Assembly (NCBI GenBank): GCA_951406725.2
Contig: OX597830.1
Location: forward strand, 7,626,001 to 7,690,000
Direction of reading: 5' to 3'
Source of the DNA: Octopus vulgaris
Taxonomy: Eukaryota
Length of the DNA: 64,000 nucleotides
Part shown: in pieces, positions 14,709 through 27,167 of the stretch
Layout of the letters: every line of letters starts with the position of its first letter
Numbering within the stretch: position 1 is the first letter of the stretch
Position numbers and translations under genes: made by a program
The notes under the pieces: model-generated
Database searches by the model: none
Seen by the model: only the letters and a program-made list of their open reading frames with translations
Told to the model about the DNA's origin: nothing

Positions 14709-15020
14709 GAAAGACTGCAATAAAGGAAGCAACGCAGCGTAATGTTCTTTTTGATCCTGGTATCAGTTGAAGAGTAAACGAAGCTGCAGAGAGTGAGACC
14801 GAAGGAAAGAAGGGGTGGGGAACGGGTACTTGTGCTCTGCTTGTTTGACTCTTGAGTGTTGGCTTCGTAGTCATTGTTGTTGTTGCTGTTCTTGTTGTTG
14901 GTGTTATTGTTCAAGGAAGTGTTGTAGCTGTGGACGACTTTGCAGAGAAACAGATGCAAACACTAGTCCCGTTCCCGTGCTGCACTCACGTGTAGGTTGG
15001 GCGCACAAGACACACACATA

Positions 15021-15072
<52 letters not shown>

Positions 15073-15416
15073 CACGCATACAAACACACACACACACGCA
15101 CAAACATATAATGTGTCTGTATCTGTGTGTGCGTGTGTGTGTGTGTGAATGTATGTACGCATATATGTATGTATGTGTAGGTAGATAGATAGTTAGATAG
15201 AAAGATAGATAGATAAATGGATAGATGGATAGAAAGATAAGTTGGCCACACAGGGCTGCACACAGATGGGACAAGTTACAAGGTAGAGCTTTTCTTTTGG
15301 GGGATGAAAAAAAAAAGAAAAAAAGGTGGCGTAGGTTTTCGATCAAAAGGGATCGTCAAAGGGAAAAAAGTCCAAAAAAAACGAAAAAAGAGGAAAAGAA
15401 AAAATAGATAGATAGG

Positions 15417-15542
<126 letters not shown>

Positions 15543-16144
15543 CCAGACACACAGACTGACACATACATAAACACATACATAATACATACACACATACATA
15601 CATACATACATACATACATACATGCATGCATGCATACATACATACATACATGCATGCATGCATACATACATACATACATCCATCCATACATACATACATA
15701 CACACATACATACATACATACACACATACACACATACATACATACATACATACACACATACATACATTCATACATACATACATACATACATTCATACATA
15801 CATACATACATACATACATACACACATACATACATACATACATACACACATACATACATACATACATACATACATACGTACATACATACATAGAGAACAG
15901 ATAAAACTGTGACGTAGCCTAATAGAGATATAAAGTTAGTGCTCAAGTTAGCTTAAACTCCGATATGAATTGTGATTAAAACAAAACATTGTTCCGTAAC
16001 TTCGTGCACTTCTTACTCCCTTATTTATGGTACCTTTTACTCCAACGCCATTGTAACTACTCTATATTCATGGTTAAATTAAAAAATCGATGTTTGAACA
16101 TGCTTTGGCGGTTCACATTTTCTTTCTAATATCTTCGTACATTA

Positions 16145-16545
16145 AGGCGGCGACCTGGCAGAATCGTTAGCACGCCGGGCGAAGTGCTTAGCATTATTTC
16201 GTCTGCCGCTTCGTTCTGTGTTCAAATTCCGCCGAGGTCAACTTTGCCTTTCATCCTTTCGGGGTCGATTAAATAAGTACCAGTTACGCACTGGGGTCGA
16301 TATAATCGACTTAATCCGTTTCTCTGTCCTTGTTTGTCCTTTCTGTGTTTATCCCCTTGTGGATAGTAAAGAAATAGAAAGAGGTATTTCGTCTGCCGCT
16401 ACGTCCTGAGTTCAAATTCCGCCGAGGTCGACTTTGCCTTTCATCCTTTCGAGGGTCAATAAATTAAGTACCAGTAGTGTACTGGGTTCGATATAATCGA
16501 CTGGTCGCCTCACTAAAATTACGGGCCTTGTGCCTAGAGTAGAAA
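16145..16545 (+). mobile_element. OK-like SINE with tandem partial duplication
   Basis: Full head GGCGGCGACCTGGCAGAATCGTTAGC; GTTCAAATTCCGCCGAGGTC and GCCTTTCATCCTTTCG occur twice. Confidence 0.85.
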
Positions 16546-16739
16546 AAAAATATCTACGTATGTACACATATGTATCGATGAATTTAAGAGCAGTGAGTGA
16601 TCAACTAGCAACGCTGAAAAAAACGAAAAAGAGAAATAGCTTCTATTGTAGTGTTTCGTAATAAATATAATTTGTTTGTTGTCCACAATGTCAGGTTGTG
16701 TCTCTTGACAATAATCACACTTAGATTTACTTGTTATAA

Positions 16740-16910
16740 GAGGCTGTGTGGAAATGTCTTCTTCCGAACCTCGTGGTACCGGGTTCAGTATCACTACGTA
16801 GCACTTTGGACAAGTGTCTTCTGCTATACGTACTGGGGTCGATTTGTTTGATTACAATTCTTCAAAGCAGTGTCCCAGCATTGCCGCAGTCTGATGCCCG
16901 GGGACAAAAG
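16740..16910 (+). mobile_element. OR2-like SINE, internally deleted
   Basis: GGCTGTGTGG head, GGACAAGTGTCTTCT core, CCAGCATTGCCGCAG tail. Confidence 0.65.
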
Positions 16911-16986
16911 AGATAAATGACGAAAGGTCAATATTACATTTACCTCCATCGCTTATATTTACAAGTGTGTATACAAGGAATCAGCT

Positions 16987-17150
16987 CAGTGGTTCCCGAC
17001 CTTTTCGCGGTGATTGCCAAACTCTTTTATTGAAATGGGTTTTCCCACGGACCCCTTTAAATACACATATCCTTATGAATACATATGAAATTTGGAATTT
17101 AGTTCAAGAACCCAGATCTACATTTGCGGACCCCAGGTTGGGAACTCCTG
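16987..17150. mobile_element. hAT-type MITE
   Basis: TIRs CAGTGGTTCCCGACC / GGTTGGGAACTCCTG; degenerate 8-bp TSD AATCAGCT/AATTAACC. Confidence 0.65.
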
Positions 17151-17829
17151 AATTAACCAAACAATGTTCAAAGAACATAAAAGATCGGTATCTTTCGTAG
17201 TAGAACTTGTCAGATAACATTTGGAAAGAATTGTAGAGTTTTAATTGTTATTTTTTCGTTCAATTAACTATTATTAATTATCGGGACATTTCTATAGAAA
17301 CACCATCCTCATGCTGTCAACTACACACCATTAAACACGCACGCACACGCACACACACGTGCACATACACACTCATACACACAAACGCAATCCTAGTTAT
17401 TGTTGTTGATACTGTTGATGCTGTTGTTGTTGTCATTTTTATTGTTTTTGTTGTTCATGGGAAAAATGCTCCATCAAACCATCATATAATGATATTTATT
17501 CAACCGTTCTCCATCTTACCTCACTCCTCCCACTCATGATCACTCTTTCTCCTACTCTCTCTCCATTCTTTCTGTCTCTCCCTCCATATACATCCATCCA
17601 TCCATCAATACATACATACATACATACATACACAAATACATACATACATACATACATACATACATACATACATACATACATACATACATGCATACATACA
17701 CACATGAATACATACAAAGAGGGATGAGAGGAGGGTGAAAAAGTAATAAATAAATATAAAGATGGAAGACGAGATGACTTCCCGATCAAAATTATTAGTT
17801 TGACGCTAAGTAAAAGCGGGAAATATTTT

Positions 17830-17861
17830 ATGACGTTTCGGGCATTATCTCTTCTTCAGAT
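17830..17861 (-). ncRNA. Minimal Penelope-type hammerhead motif with weak stems
   Basis: Minus strand AT-CTGAAGA-A-GAG..CCC-GAAA-CG-TC-AT; host repeat related to 40757 and 42338. Confidence 0.5.
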
Positions 17862-18229
17862 CAGGGAGAATAGTTAAAAGCGAGGAGGAGAAAAGATCGG
17901 CGAAAACTTTTAAATGAACTAAAAGAAACAATAAAGGCGAAAATACTCTCATGAGACATGGTAGACATTGATCTATACATACAGAATCGGCTGTGTGTGC
18001 CTGTGTCAGCAGAAATGCTCGATATAAGCTCGATATAAGATTTCTTAACTTACATTTTTGCATTGTAAGAAGCTCTCAGTGTTTATTATTTGGTAATTTA
18101 TATATAAATGTGTGTCTTTATAAATATATATGTCGTTTTGTTAAAGAATAACGAAAAAGTAATTAACAAAAACCATTAATTATCAACGCTAGCATTTTCT
18201 TTATGACTTAAAAAAAAAAAGAACAAATT

Positions 18230-18420
18230 CGATTAGCTGGCAGAATTGTTACCGCGCCGGATAAAGCGCTTAGCTGTATTTCTTCTGACTTTACATTCTG
18301 AGACTTTAAATGCCACCGGGGTCGATTTCGTCTTTCATATTTTCAGGGTCGATAAAATAAGCAGGAGTTGAGTAATGCAGTTAATGTAATCGACTATCCC
18401 CTTGTCCCCATATTTCATGT
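18230..18420 (+). mobile_element. OK-like SINE, degraded
   Basis: AGCTGGCAGAATTGTTA..TTTCAGGGTCGATAAAATAAG. Confidence 0.65.
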
Positions 18421-18459
18421 TTTGTAAAGGAGTACAAAGGATTTTACAAACAAGCATTA

Positions 18460-18510
<51 letters not shown>

Positions 18511-19279
18511 TAGCTAGATAGATAGATAGACATAGATATAGATATAGATAAATAGATTGACATAAATATATAAATTGATACATACATAGATACATAAATA
18601 CATACCTACATAAATACATACATAGACACACACAAATACATACATACAAACATAAAAAGATACATACATACATACACAAATGCATACATGCACACATACA
18701 TACATACAAATATACATACATACAAACATACATACATACATACATACATACATACATACATACATACATACATACATACATACATACATACTTACTTACA
18801 TACATACATACATACAAACGAATATGTATGTATGTGTTCCATTTCCTTGATCCAGCAACACTATGAGCTCCAATGTTCCAAACGTGACCACCCCATCTAT
18901 TTAGTCAACCACAGCATGTCCATGAATGCATCATATAATGTGAATATTTTTGTAATGTTATGACGCATATGGTCCGATAAGTGTCTCGTTTTTTGGTGGG
19001 GATTTTCTAACAAATCAATCGACAAGATCATTGACTCTGCGAATTCTTCTCTTTTTTTTTATTTCTTGTGGAATCATTAAAGTGTTCAATACACGATTGC
19101 TGAGTGCAGTTACGTGTAACGAATCAATAAAAATTGTTATCGATTAATAGATATATTTGATCCTGAAATATCAAACGACTCCATTGATAGTCTCGTGCAG
19201 CCTCACTAATTTCTACTGACTTTGCCCATTCAGTTTATTAGTTACCTCTGCTCACCAAAACTCTTTGTGTGTGTATGTG

Positions 19280-19313
<34 letters not shown>

Positions 19314-19453
19314 AGTGTGTGTGTGTGTTTATGAGTGAGTGTGTGTGACTACGCAAGTTTGTGAGTGTGTGTCTGTACTTACATATGTAGTATATATATA
19401 TATATATATATCTATATATATATATATATATACGTGTGTGTGTGTATGTATGT

Positions 19454-19618
19454 ATAAATGAGGGCGCAAAAGAACACTGGCAATTGCTAGAAATAAGAGT
19501 TGAACAGTGTAACTCGGATAGCCACACAAAATCAGAGTTATTTTGCGAGGCTATCCTCATTATATTTTTTAGCTCTTATTTCTAGCAATTGCAGGTGCTA
19601 CTTTGCTCCCTCATTTAT
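19454..19618. repeat. ~165-bp imperfect palindrome (fold-back)
   Basis: ATAAATGAGGG..GCAATTGCTAGAAATAAGAG..GGATAGCC / GGCTATCC..CTCTTATTTCTAGCAATTGC..CCCTCATTTAT. Confidence 0.8.
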
Positions 19619-20292
19619 GAAGTCTACTTATTCGGTTTAATTGCTAGAGATACCTATACACAGGAGTGGCTGTGTGGTAAGTAGCTTACTTACTTCACAG
19701 GAGAGTGCGTGTTTTGTTTTTTCTCACACTTGGAAGTCACATCGTTCGACGTTGAATTATTGAAAAGTTGAAGCACGACTACAGGTAAGACGTTTGTTTT
19801 TTTGGGGAGCTCAGGAGGGGTCTGTTATTTGTAATTAATAATTTTTGTCGAACAAGGGTCTCCACTCGGTTCCAGACATCTGTCTGCCTGTGGTCGTGCT
19901 AAAAGATTCACTGTGTAGTGAGATTTGTGTTCTTTGGGAGGCGTATACCTCCGGAAAAGTTATTGTGAAAATTGTCTTCTTTTGACTGTGTTCGTGCCCT
20001 GGATTTACCTTGGATTTACGGAGGTGGCCAGAGTTAGATGAAAGTAGAAAATTTTGAGCTGCAACGGATTATTAACATTCACGTGGATTACCGGAGTAGC
20101 AAAATTGTGCGCCAATTGAACTGTCTTCCTGCCATTATGAACTGTCTTCCTTCATTCTTTCTTCTCTCTTCCGTCTTTCCGTCCTTTTTTTTTTTTGTTT
20201 TTACTATCATTGACTTTATTATTGACTTCAGTTGAACGTTTTTTGGACCTATTGTTTGCGAACAATTTGACCTTTTCTCTTCTTCCATAAAA

Positions 20293-20868
20293 ATGCCAAA
20301 GAAAACTTTGGAATTGGAGATCAAAGCACCAGAAAAGTGATTGAAGGATTTCAACGAGAGGACCGTAGTGTTGAGAACCTATTGTAGGTCTCCCGAGACC
20401 ATTACGGTTTTCTCTCACAACAATATTGAAAATGAGTTGGCAGGGTTCCTTCCAACTTTAAGGTTTACCCGTAGGGGTGCGAAGTACGCAACTGCGTGCG
20501 TGCTTTTCGACACCCCTGCGGAGGCGCAAAAATTCGCAAGCCAAACTATATAAAAGGACAAAATTTTGTTTCCCCCCACATACGGTGGGCGAAAGCTGAC
20601 AAGAGCTTGGGTACGTGGGCTGCCACCCGGTATGGAGCTCGAATGGATAGAGGATTCTATCCGTCGGGGGCTGGGTGGCAGCACCGCCAGGCTTTCGAAT
20701 GTAAAAATTCTGCCTGCGGCTGATTGGGTCGGGTCAAAAGCAATTTTGACCCTATGGATCCAATCAGCAGTCGAGTTTATTTCAGATATTCTCCTCTTAA
20801 AAATCATCTCTCTGGCTAATCATTTGGAGGACGTTGGTGTTGCCTTGACGGAGGTTTGCACTCTCTGA
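20293..20868 (+). pseudogene. ORF1/gag-like (possibly RRM-type) retroelement pseudo-ORF within a ~1.3-kb insertion (~19693-20965)
   Basis: One frame MPKKTLEL..RTVVLRTY..LFPPTYGGRKLTRAWVRGLPP..VCTL* of 192 codons with two in-frame stops (20338, 20551); two AATAAA downstream; begins right after a truncated SINE head. Confidence 0.5.
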
Positions 20869-21026
20869 CCGCTCTTGTTGTTATTCTTTTGGTTAGTGTT
20901 AATATTTTATTTCTTGATATCGGTATTAATAAATAGTGATATGTTAATAAATATAACTAACAAGTGACTCATGAATTCTGGCCCACCCTGTATATATGTA
21001 TACGTATGTACATAGATATATATATG

Positions 21027-21222
21027 CAGGAATCTCTCGCCATATCGCGGTTCCACTATCGCAGTTTATTATTTAAGCTTACGTCGATTCCTTCGTTGTG
21101 TGTTTTGTATTTTTAATAAAATAAATATATACAAATTATAAAAATAATTAAAAAATATATACAGTATTATTTAGTACTTCGCTTTTTGAAACGTAACACC
21201 CGCGATAGTCGAGGGATTACTG
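21027..21222. mobile_element. Pogo/Tigger-like MITE
   Basis: Ends CAGGAATCTCTCGCCATATCGCGG / CCGCGATAGTCGAGGGATTACTG followed by TA. Confidence 0.65.
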
Positions 21223-21274
21223 TATATATATATATATGTGTATATATATATATGCGCGCACGCACATATGTATG

Positions 21275-21344
<70 letters not shown>

Positions 21345-21366
21345 CATATATATATATATGTATGTA

Positions 21367-21595
21367 TATTTCTTTATTGCCCACAAGGAGCTAAATACAG
21401 AGGGGACAAACAACAGACAATGGTATTAAGTCGATTACATCGACCCCAGTGCGTAACTGGTACTTAATTTATCGACCCCGAAAGGATGAAAGGCAAAGTC
21501 GACCTCGGCGGAATTTAAACTCAGAACGTAACGGCAGACGAAATACCGCTAAGCATTTCGTCCGGCGCTCTAACGTTTCTGCCAGCTCGCCACCA
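21367..21595 (-). mobile_element. OK-like SINE, near full length
   Basis: Reverse complement of the GGCGAGCTGGCAGAAACGTTAG head and central domain. Confidence 0.85.
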
Positions 21596-22078
21596 ATGTA
21601 TGTATGTATGTATGTATGAAAGATAGTGAATTACTGCATGTATGCATGATTACATGAATGTATATATATGTGTGTGTGTGTGTGTATCTGTGATAGTCTG
21701 TATGTACGTATTATGTGTGTGTCTGTCTGGGGGTGGACACATAGGTGTGTGTGCGAGTGCTTTTGCTTGTAGACGAGTATATATCTTATAATACTGTTTC
21801 GAGTCTATAATTTCAGTTATTTTCGTAATATTTATCTCTTTATCACATAACAACTGCACAGCGACATTGAATGAGGATTCGTGGTGAAGTAAAGTTAAAC
21901 ATGGCGACGAAATTGTTTGTAAATACATTGTTAAGCATGTAATATTACCGCAGTTATTAAACTAATCATGATCGGTAAGAATTAAAGAATTATTGCACGT
22001 AATCAGCATAATGAATTAATAAAGATAACAATTTTATTATCTTATATACATACATACACATAAATACATACTTACACG

Positions 22079-22111
<33 letters not shown>

Positions 22112-22144
22112 GCGTGCGTGTGTGTATGTATGTATATATATATC

Positions 22145-22183
<39 letters not shown>

Positions 22184-22557
22184 ACATATATATATATATA
22201 TGTATATGTATGTATACACTCATGTAGAGACGTGAGTGCGTGTATATACATATATGCACACACACACAAACATTCTTATTATTGTCCAGCAATCTATTTT
22301 GATTTGCAGTCATCAATCCTTCAAGAGTTAGATAAATATGGTCTAATGAATGGGCGCGTAGACATACTCACACAACCACACATACACAAACACACATCTG
22401 TATACGTATATATACATATATATATTTATATTATATAGAGGACATTATTACACATAAATGCCGCACGCTAGGAGGGACTCTTAAAGTCAAAACTACCAAA
22501 ATAAACATATTGTACCGAATGCAAGTCTCGAAGCGAGTCATTTAAAAACAGAATTTA

Positions 22558-22622
22558 GCTGCAGATCACCAGAGATTTCGTAATCAACTCAGTGGTTGCG
22601 TCCTTTACTCGTCAGTGTCGGC
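22558..22622 (-). ncRNA. Type I hammerhead motif, intact core, eroded stem I
   Basis: Minus strand CA-CTGACGA-GTAA..TTAC-GAAA-TC-TCTGGT-GA-TC-TG. Confidence 0.55.
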
Positions 22623-22933
22623 AAGATTCAAGATTTATAATGAATGAACAAAATCAACATACCAGGCGAACAACCATCGTATCCGACGTAGCATATAGAA
22701 CTGTTCACCCCTTATACATCTATGTAAATGGCGGGCTTTTTCGAATTGCATTTCGGTAACAACGTGCTTATTCAGAATAAAAATTCAGTATTGAATAAAC
22801 CCCGGTGAAATTTATAATTCAGAAATAGGATAAAATCTTCATAAGAAATTATCAAGTAGTTAGCGTGAAAAACCTCATAAGAGAAAAAAACCTGTAAATT
22901 TTTTCCACTTGAATGTATTTATATATATATATA

Positions 22934-23132
22934 CTCTTTTACTTGTTTCAGTCATTTGACCGTAGCCATGCTGGAGCACTGCCTTTAGTCGAACAAATCG
23001 ACTCCAGGACTTATTCTTTGTAAGCCAAGTACTTATTCTATCGGTTCCCTTCTGCTGAAATGCTAACTTACGCGACCGTAAACACACCAGCATCGGTTGT
23101 CAAGCGAAGGTGTGGGGACAAACACAGACACA

Positions 23133-23178
<46 letters not shown>

Positions 23179-23320
23179 TATATATATATATATATAAATA
23201 GGACGGGCTTTTTTCAGTTTCCGCCGACCAAATCCACTCACAAGGCCTTGGTCGGCCCGAGGCTATAGTAGAAGACACGTGCCCAAGTGCCACGCAGTGT
23301 GACTGAACCCGGAACCATAT
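22934..23320 (-). mobile_element. OR2-like SINE
   Basis: Tail CTTGTTTCAGTCATTTGAC, internal (CA)n/(TA)n, CORE-like block. Confidence 0.85.
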
Positions 23321-23333
23321 ATATATATATATA

Positions 23334-23750
23334 CATTTAAAAGAAGAAATGAAAATGGAGATAAGGTAATTAATAATTGTTTATTATTATCAAATTGGTC
23401 ATCTTCGCTTCTCACAGCCGTTTCAACTAATACTCAATAATTCAATTACAGATTTGTGCATTAAATTTACATTTAAATTTACATTTCATCAGAGAAATAA
23501 AAGATAAATTCTGGCTGAATGAGACTCTGCTGAAATGAATTGATAGATCTACATATAACATCAAACGCTACATCTTTTCCTTTCTCTGATGAAATTATGT
23601 TCATGTCACATAAATTTAAATTTTATGTAAATATTTGTAATTAAATTATAGAGTATTAATTGAAACGGCTGTAAGAAACGAAAATCACTAATTTGTTAAT
23701 AATAAACAATTATTAACTTCCTTATCTCTCTTTTTTTCTTGTTTTAAATG
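23334..23750. mobile_element. Inverted pair of Penelope-like pLTRs, each with a hammerhead motif
   Basis: GAGATAAGGTAATTAATAATTGTTTATTATTA / TAATAATAAACAATTATTAACTTCCTTATCTC; motifs at 23408-23497(-) and 23581-23678(+). Confidence 0.75.
23581..23678 (+). ncRNA. Type I hammerhead ribozyme with long stem II insertion
   Basis: TTTCT-CTGATGA-AATTA..(59 nt)..TAATT-GAAA-CGGCTG-TA-AGAAA; complete core, GUA site. Confidence 0.7.
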
Positions 23751-23875
23751 GATATAAACTATATGCTTAATATATACCTAATGACTTAAGGGAGTTTCAT
23801 TCCCCAAAATTATCGGTATTGAACCAGTATTTTCTTGGGTGCAACCATCCCTACATTAGGTTTACATATCCTCTA

Positions 23876-23980
<105 letters not shown>

Positions 23981-23981
23981 A

Positions 23982-24023
<42 letters not shown>

Positions 24024-24124
24024 TATATATCTTTTTTTCTTTTATTCTTTTACTCTTTTCTTTGTTTCAGTCTTTTGACACACACACACACATATATGTA
24101 TATAAATATATATATATGTATGTA

Positions 24125-24162
<38 letters not shown>

Positions 24163-24181
24163 TATATATATAGATAGATAT

Positions 24182-24248
<67 letters not shown>

Positions 24249-24249
24249 T

Positions 24250-24415
24250 AGGACAGGCTTCTTTCAGTTTTCGGTTACTAAATCCACTCACAAGGCTTTG
24301 TTCGACCCAAGGCTATACTAGAAGACGCTTGTCCAAGGTGTCACGCTGTAGGACTGAACCCGGTTCCATGTAGGCAGTAAGCATGCTACTTACCACACAG
24401 TAACTTCTGCGCCCA
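24250..24415 (-). mobile_element. OR2-like SINE 5' half
   Basis: AAATCCACTCACAAGGC..GGACTGAACCCGG..TACCACACAG. Confidence 0.75.
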
Positions 24416-24950
24416 TATTTCTATATATATATATATATATATATTTCCGACGTGCGTCAGTTAAGATGTTAATAATCTCTTTTTATCTAATGTCGTCCAC
24501 CTTTCGTCATCTACACTAACTACATACATGCTTCACTTTTACTATCGTCATTCATACATTTCGATACCTGGATCGTACTTACCTATTAACACATACATAT
24601 GTGTGTGTGTTTGCGTCAGTGTGTCTATGCGTTTAGAGAGAGGGACAGACGGACAGACAGAAAGACAGAGTATTTGATTGATTGATTGATTCTAGTTTCA
24701 GCTCACGAGCTGTGGCCATGCTGGGGCACCGACGGTATGATGTATTCTAATTTATCAATATTTTTATACGTGCGGATTCACCAGCGCGGTAAGCACTCCG
24801 CCAGATTGCCATCTTAATTTGATAACAATATTGCGCAAGAATATATATATAATCTCTAAGATCGTCGTACTATTTCTTCTAGATTATACGAATTTTTAAA
24901 TATATATACACACACATACATATATATATATATATATGAATATATATATA

Positions 24951-25992
24951 TTTTTTCTTGTTTCAGCTCAGAGCTGCGGCCATGCTGATGCACCGCGGTT
25001 TTGTGCTACACTGTTATTACGAAGAACCTCCTCTAATATGTGGCACTTGGTGAAGAATGGAGTTTGATATAGCTACTCTCATTTGCACCTCTTGCCGTGA
25101 GGTAGGTTCATCTGGGACTCTCGACAGAAAGATGTCCAGTTTTGATTTAAAAACCGCTACATCTACTTTGTGCAAGTTCCTCAGACTCTTTGGGAGAATA
25201 TTAAAAAGCTGTGGGCTCTTGAAATCCAGGCTGTTGCAGAAGCTGGTCCTGAAGCGTGATGGCATTGCTGGGATCTTTGGCACTATGCAGTGTCATCCCG
25301 TTCTAGCATTGGTGTATCTTACAATGCCAAAATTTGGCACAATTTCTTCTAGGATATTCCAGACATATATTACTGAATACCTCTCCCGTCTTGTCTCCAG
25401 GGAGTAGAGTCTTAGCTGTTTCAACCTTTCCCAGTAGCTGAGCTGTTGCAAAGAGACGATCTTCTTTGTGAATCTTCTCTGGATTGCTTCAAGGTCCGCT
25501 GTTAATTTTACACTGGTGGGTGACCATAGCTGTGAGCAGTAATCCAGGCGACTGAGGACGAATGTCCGCCAGAGGACCATCATGGTTTCCTTATCTCTGG
25601 TTCTGAATGTTCTTAGGATCCATCCAGCCAGTCGTCTGCACTTTGTCGCCATCCTGGTAATGTGCACTTGGAAAGAGGTATCATCACTCATGTCGATACC
25701 CAAGTCCCTCACAGACTTAGGCTCTGGGTTTGAAATTTCCTGAGGACCGGTGTATCCTGTAAGTTTAATATTCAGTTTTGGATGCTGGTAGCGCAGGACC
25801 TGGAATTTTTCAGCATTAAACTGCATATTATTATCCTCAGCCCATCTGTAGATTGAGTCCAACTCCTGCTGCAGGTGTGCAACAAAGCTGGGGTTCTGTA
25901 TTTTCTGCGAAACTTTCGTATCGTCTGCATAGCTGGCCAGAGTGGCTATCCGGGCATTTGAGAGCATATCTGAGAGGGCCACTATAAAAAGC

Positions 25993-25993
<1 letters not shown>
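24951..25993 (-). mobile_element. 5'-truncated CR1/L2-group LINE (RT C-terminus and 3'UTR, frameshifted)
   Basis: YADDTK, MQFNAEKFQVL, RDLG, LDYCSQLWSP, LEAIQRRFTK, FKSKLDIFL motifs; 3' stem-loop tail. Confidence 0.9.
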
Positions 25994-26045
<52 letters not shown>

Positions 26046-26163
26046 CAATTAAGGAACGGCCATAATAGGCCATTCACCCACTAGAAATAACAGCCAAAGC
26101 TTCTACCGCAAATAAAGATCAATTCCGTTAACAGGAGAAAATTAAAAAAACATTTACCCTGTA

Positions 26164-26270
26164 ATTTCTTGTACGGTATACCGTTTCATTCGCTGTTTAA
26201 TGGCAAACTAACCTGATTAAATTAAATCAAGCCAATCTTCCATAAGCCCTCGAATTCTTCAGCAAGAAAT
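26164..26270 (-). ncRNA. Intact type I hammerhead ribozyme (copy 1)
   Basis: Reverse complement of 27061-27167; predicted cleavage between 26172 and 26171. Confidence 0.9.
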
Positions 26271-26655
26271 AGCTCAAGTCGGAACAGATATTTACACGAG
26301 GCATCTCGAACCTTGCCAAGGCAATATCTGACCTAAAATTTTCAAATCGTCGCACTCGCGCCAAATTTATCGGCAGCAAATAAATATCAGCCGTCGATTC
26401 CATTACGGAATTAACCAAAAAATTCATAATTAATCAATATAGGGTGGCAAGGAAAATTTTGTAGAAATTTATTGCCACCAGCGGCCCAGTGGGAAAAAAA
26501 TTAAATAGTCATAGACCATTTTTAAGTTCAACATTAACAATTAAGGAACGGCCATAATAGGCCATTCACCCACTAGAAATAACAGCCAAAGCTTCTACCG
26601 CAAATAAAGATCAATTCCGTTAACAGGAGAAAATTAAAAAAACATTTACCCTGTA

Positions 26656-26763
26656 ATTTCTTGTACGGTATACCGTTTCATTCGCTGTTTAATGGCAAAA
26701 CTAACCTGATTAAATTAAATCAAGCCAATCTTCCATAAGCCCTCGAATTCTTCAGCAAGAAAT
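26656..26763 (-). ncRNA. Intact type I hammerhead ribozyme (copy 2)
   Basis: Same as copy 1, 492 bp away; predicted cleavage between 26664 and 26663. Confidence 0.9.
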
Positions 26764-27060
26764 AGCTCAAGTCGGAACAGATATTTACACGAGGCATCTC
26801 GAACCTAAAAATGGTCTATGACTATTTAATTTTTTTTCCCATTGGGCCGTTGGTGGCAATAAATTTCTACAAAATTTTCCTTGCCACCCTATATTGATTA
26901 ATTATGAATTTTTTGGTTAATTCCGTAATGGAATCGACGGCTGATATTTATTTGCTGCCGATAAATTTGGCGCGAGTGCGACGATTTGAAAATTTTAGGT
27001 CAGATATTGCCTTGGCAAGGTTCGAGATGCCTCGTGTAAATATCTGTTCCGACTTGAGCT

Positions 27061-27167
27061 ATTTCTTGCTGAAGAATTCGAGGGCTTATGGAAGATTGGC
27101 TTGATTTAATTTAATCAGGTTAGTTTGCCATTAAACAGCGAATGAAACGGTATACCGTACAAGAAAT
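27061..27167 (+). ncRNA. Intact type I hammerhead ribozyme (copy 3)
   Basis: Stem I ATTTCTTG/CAAGAAAT; core CTGAAGA 27069-75; stem II ATTCG/CGAAT enclosing a 58-nt hairpin; GAAA 27144-47; stem III ACGG-TATA-CCGT; GUA site, cut after 27159. Confidence 0.92.

Noticed and set aside
16145-16240. tRNA gene
   Set aside because: tRNA-like SINE head only, without a complete cloverleaf
26904-27104. 66-aa ORF present twice in the retrozyme
   Set aside because: The duplication reflects the repeat; no recognisable domain, and it overlaps the ribozyme
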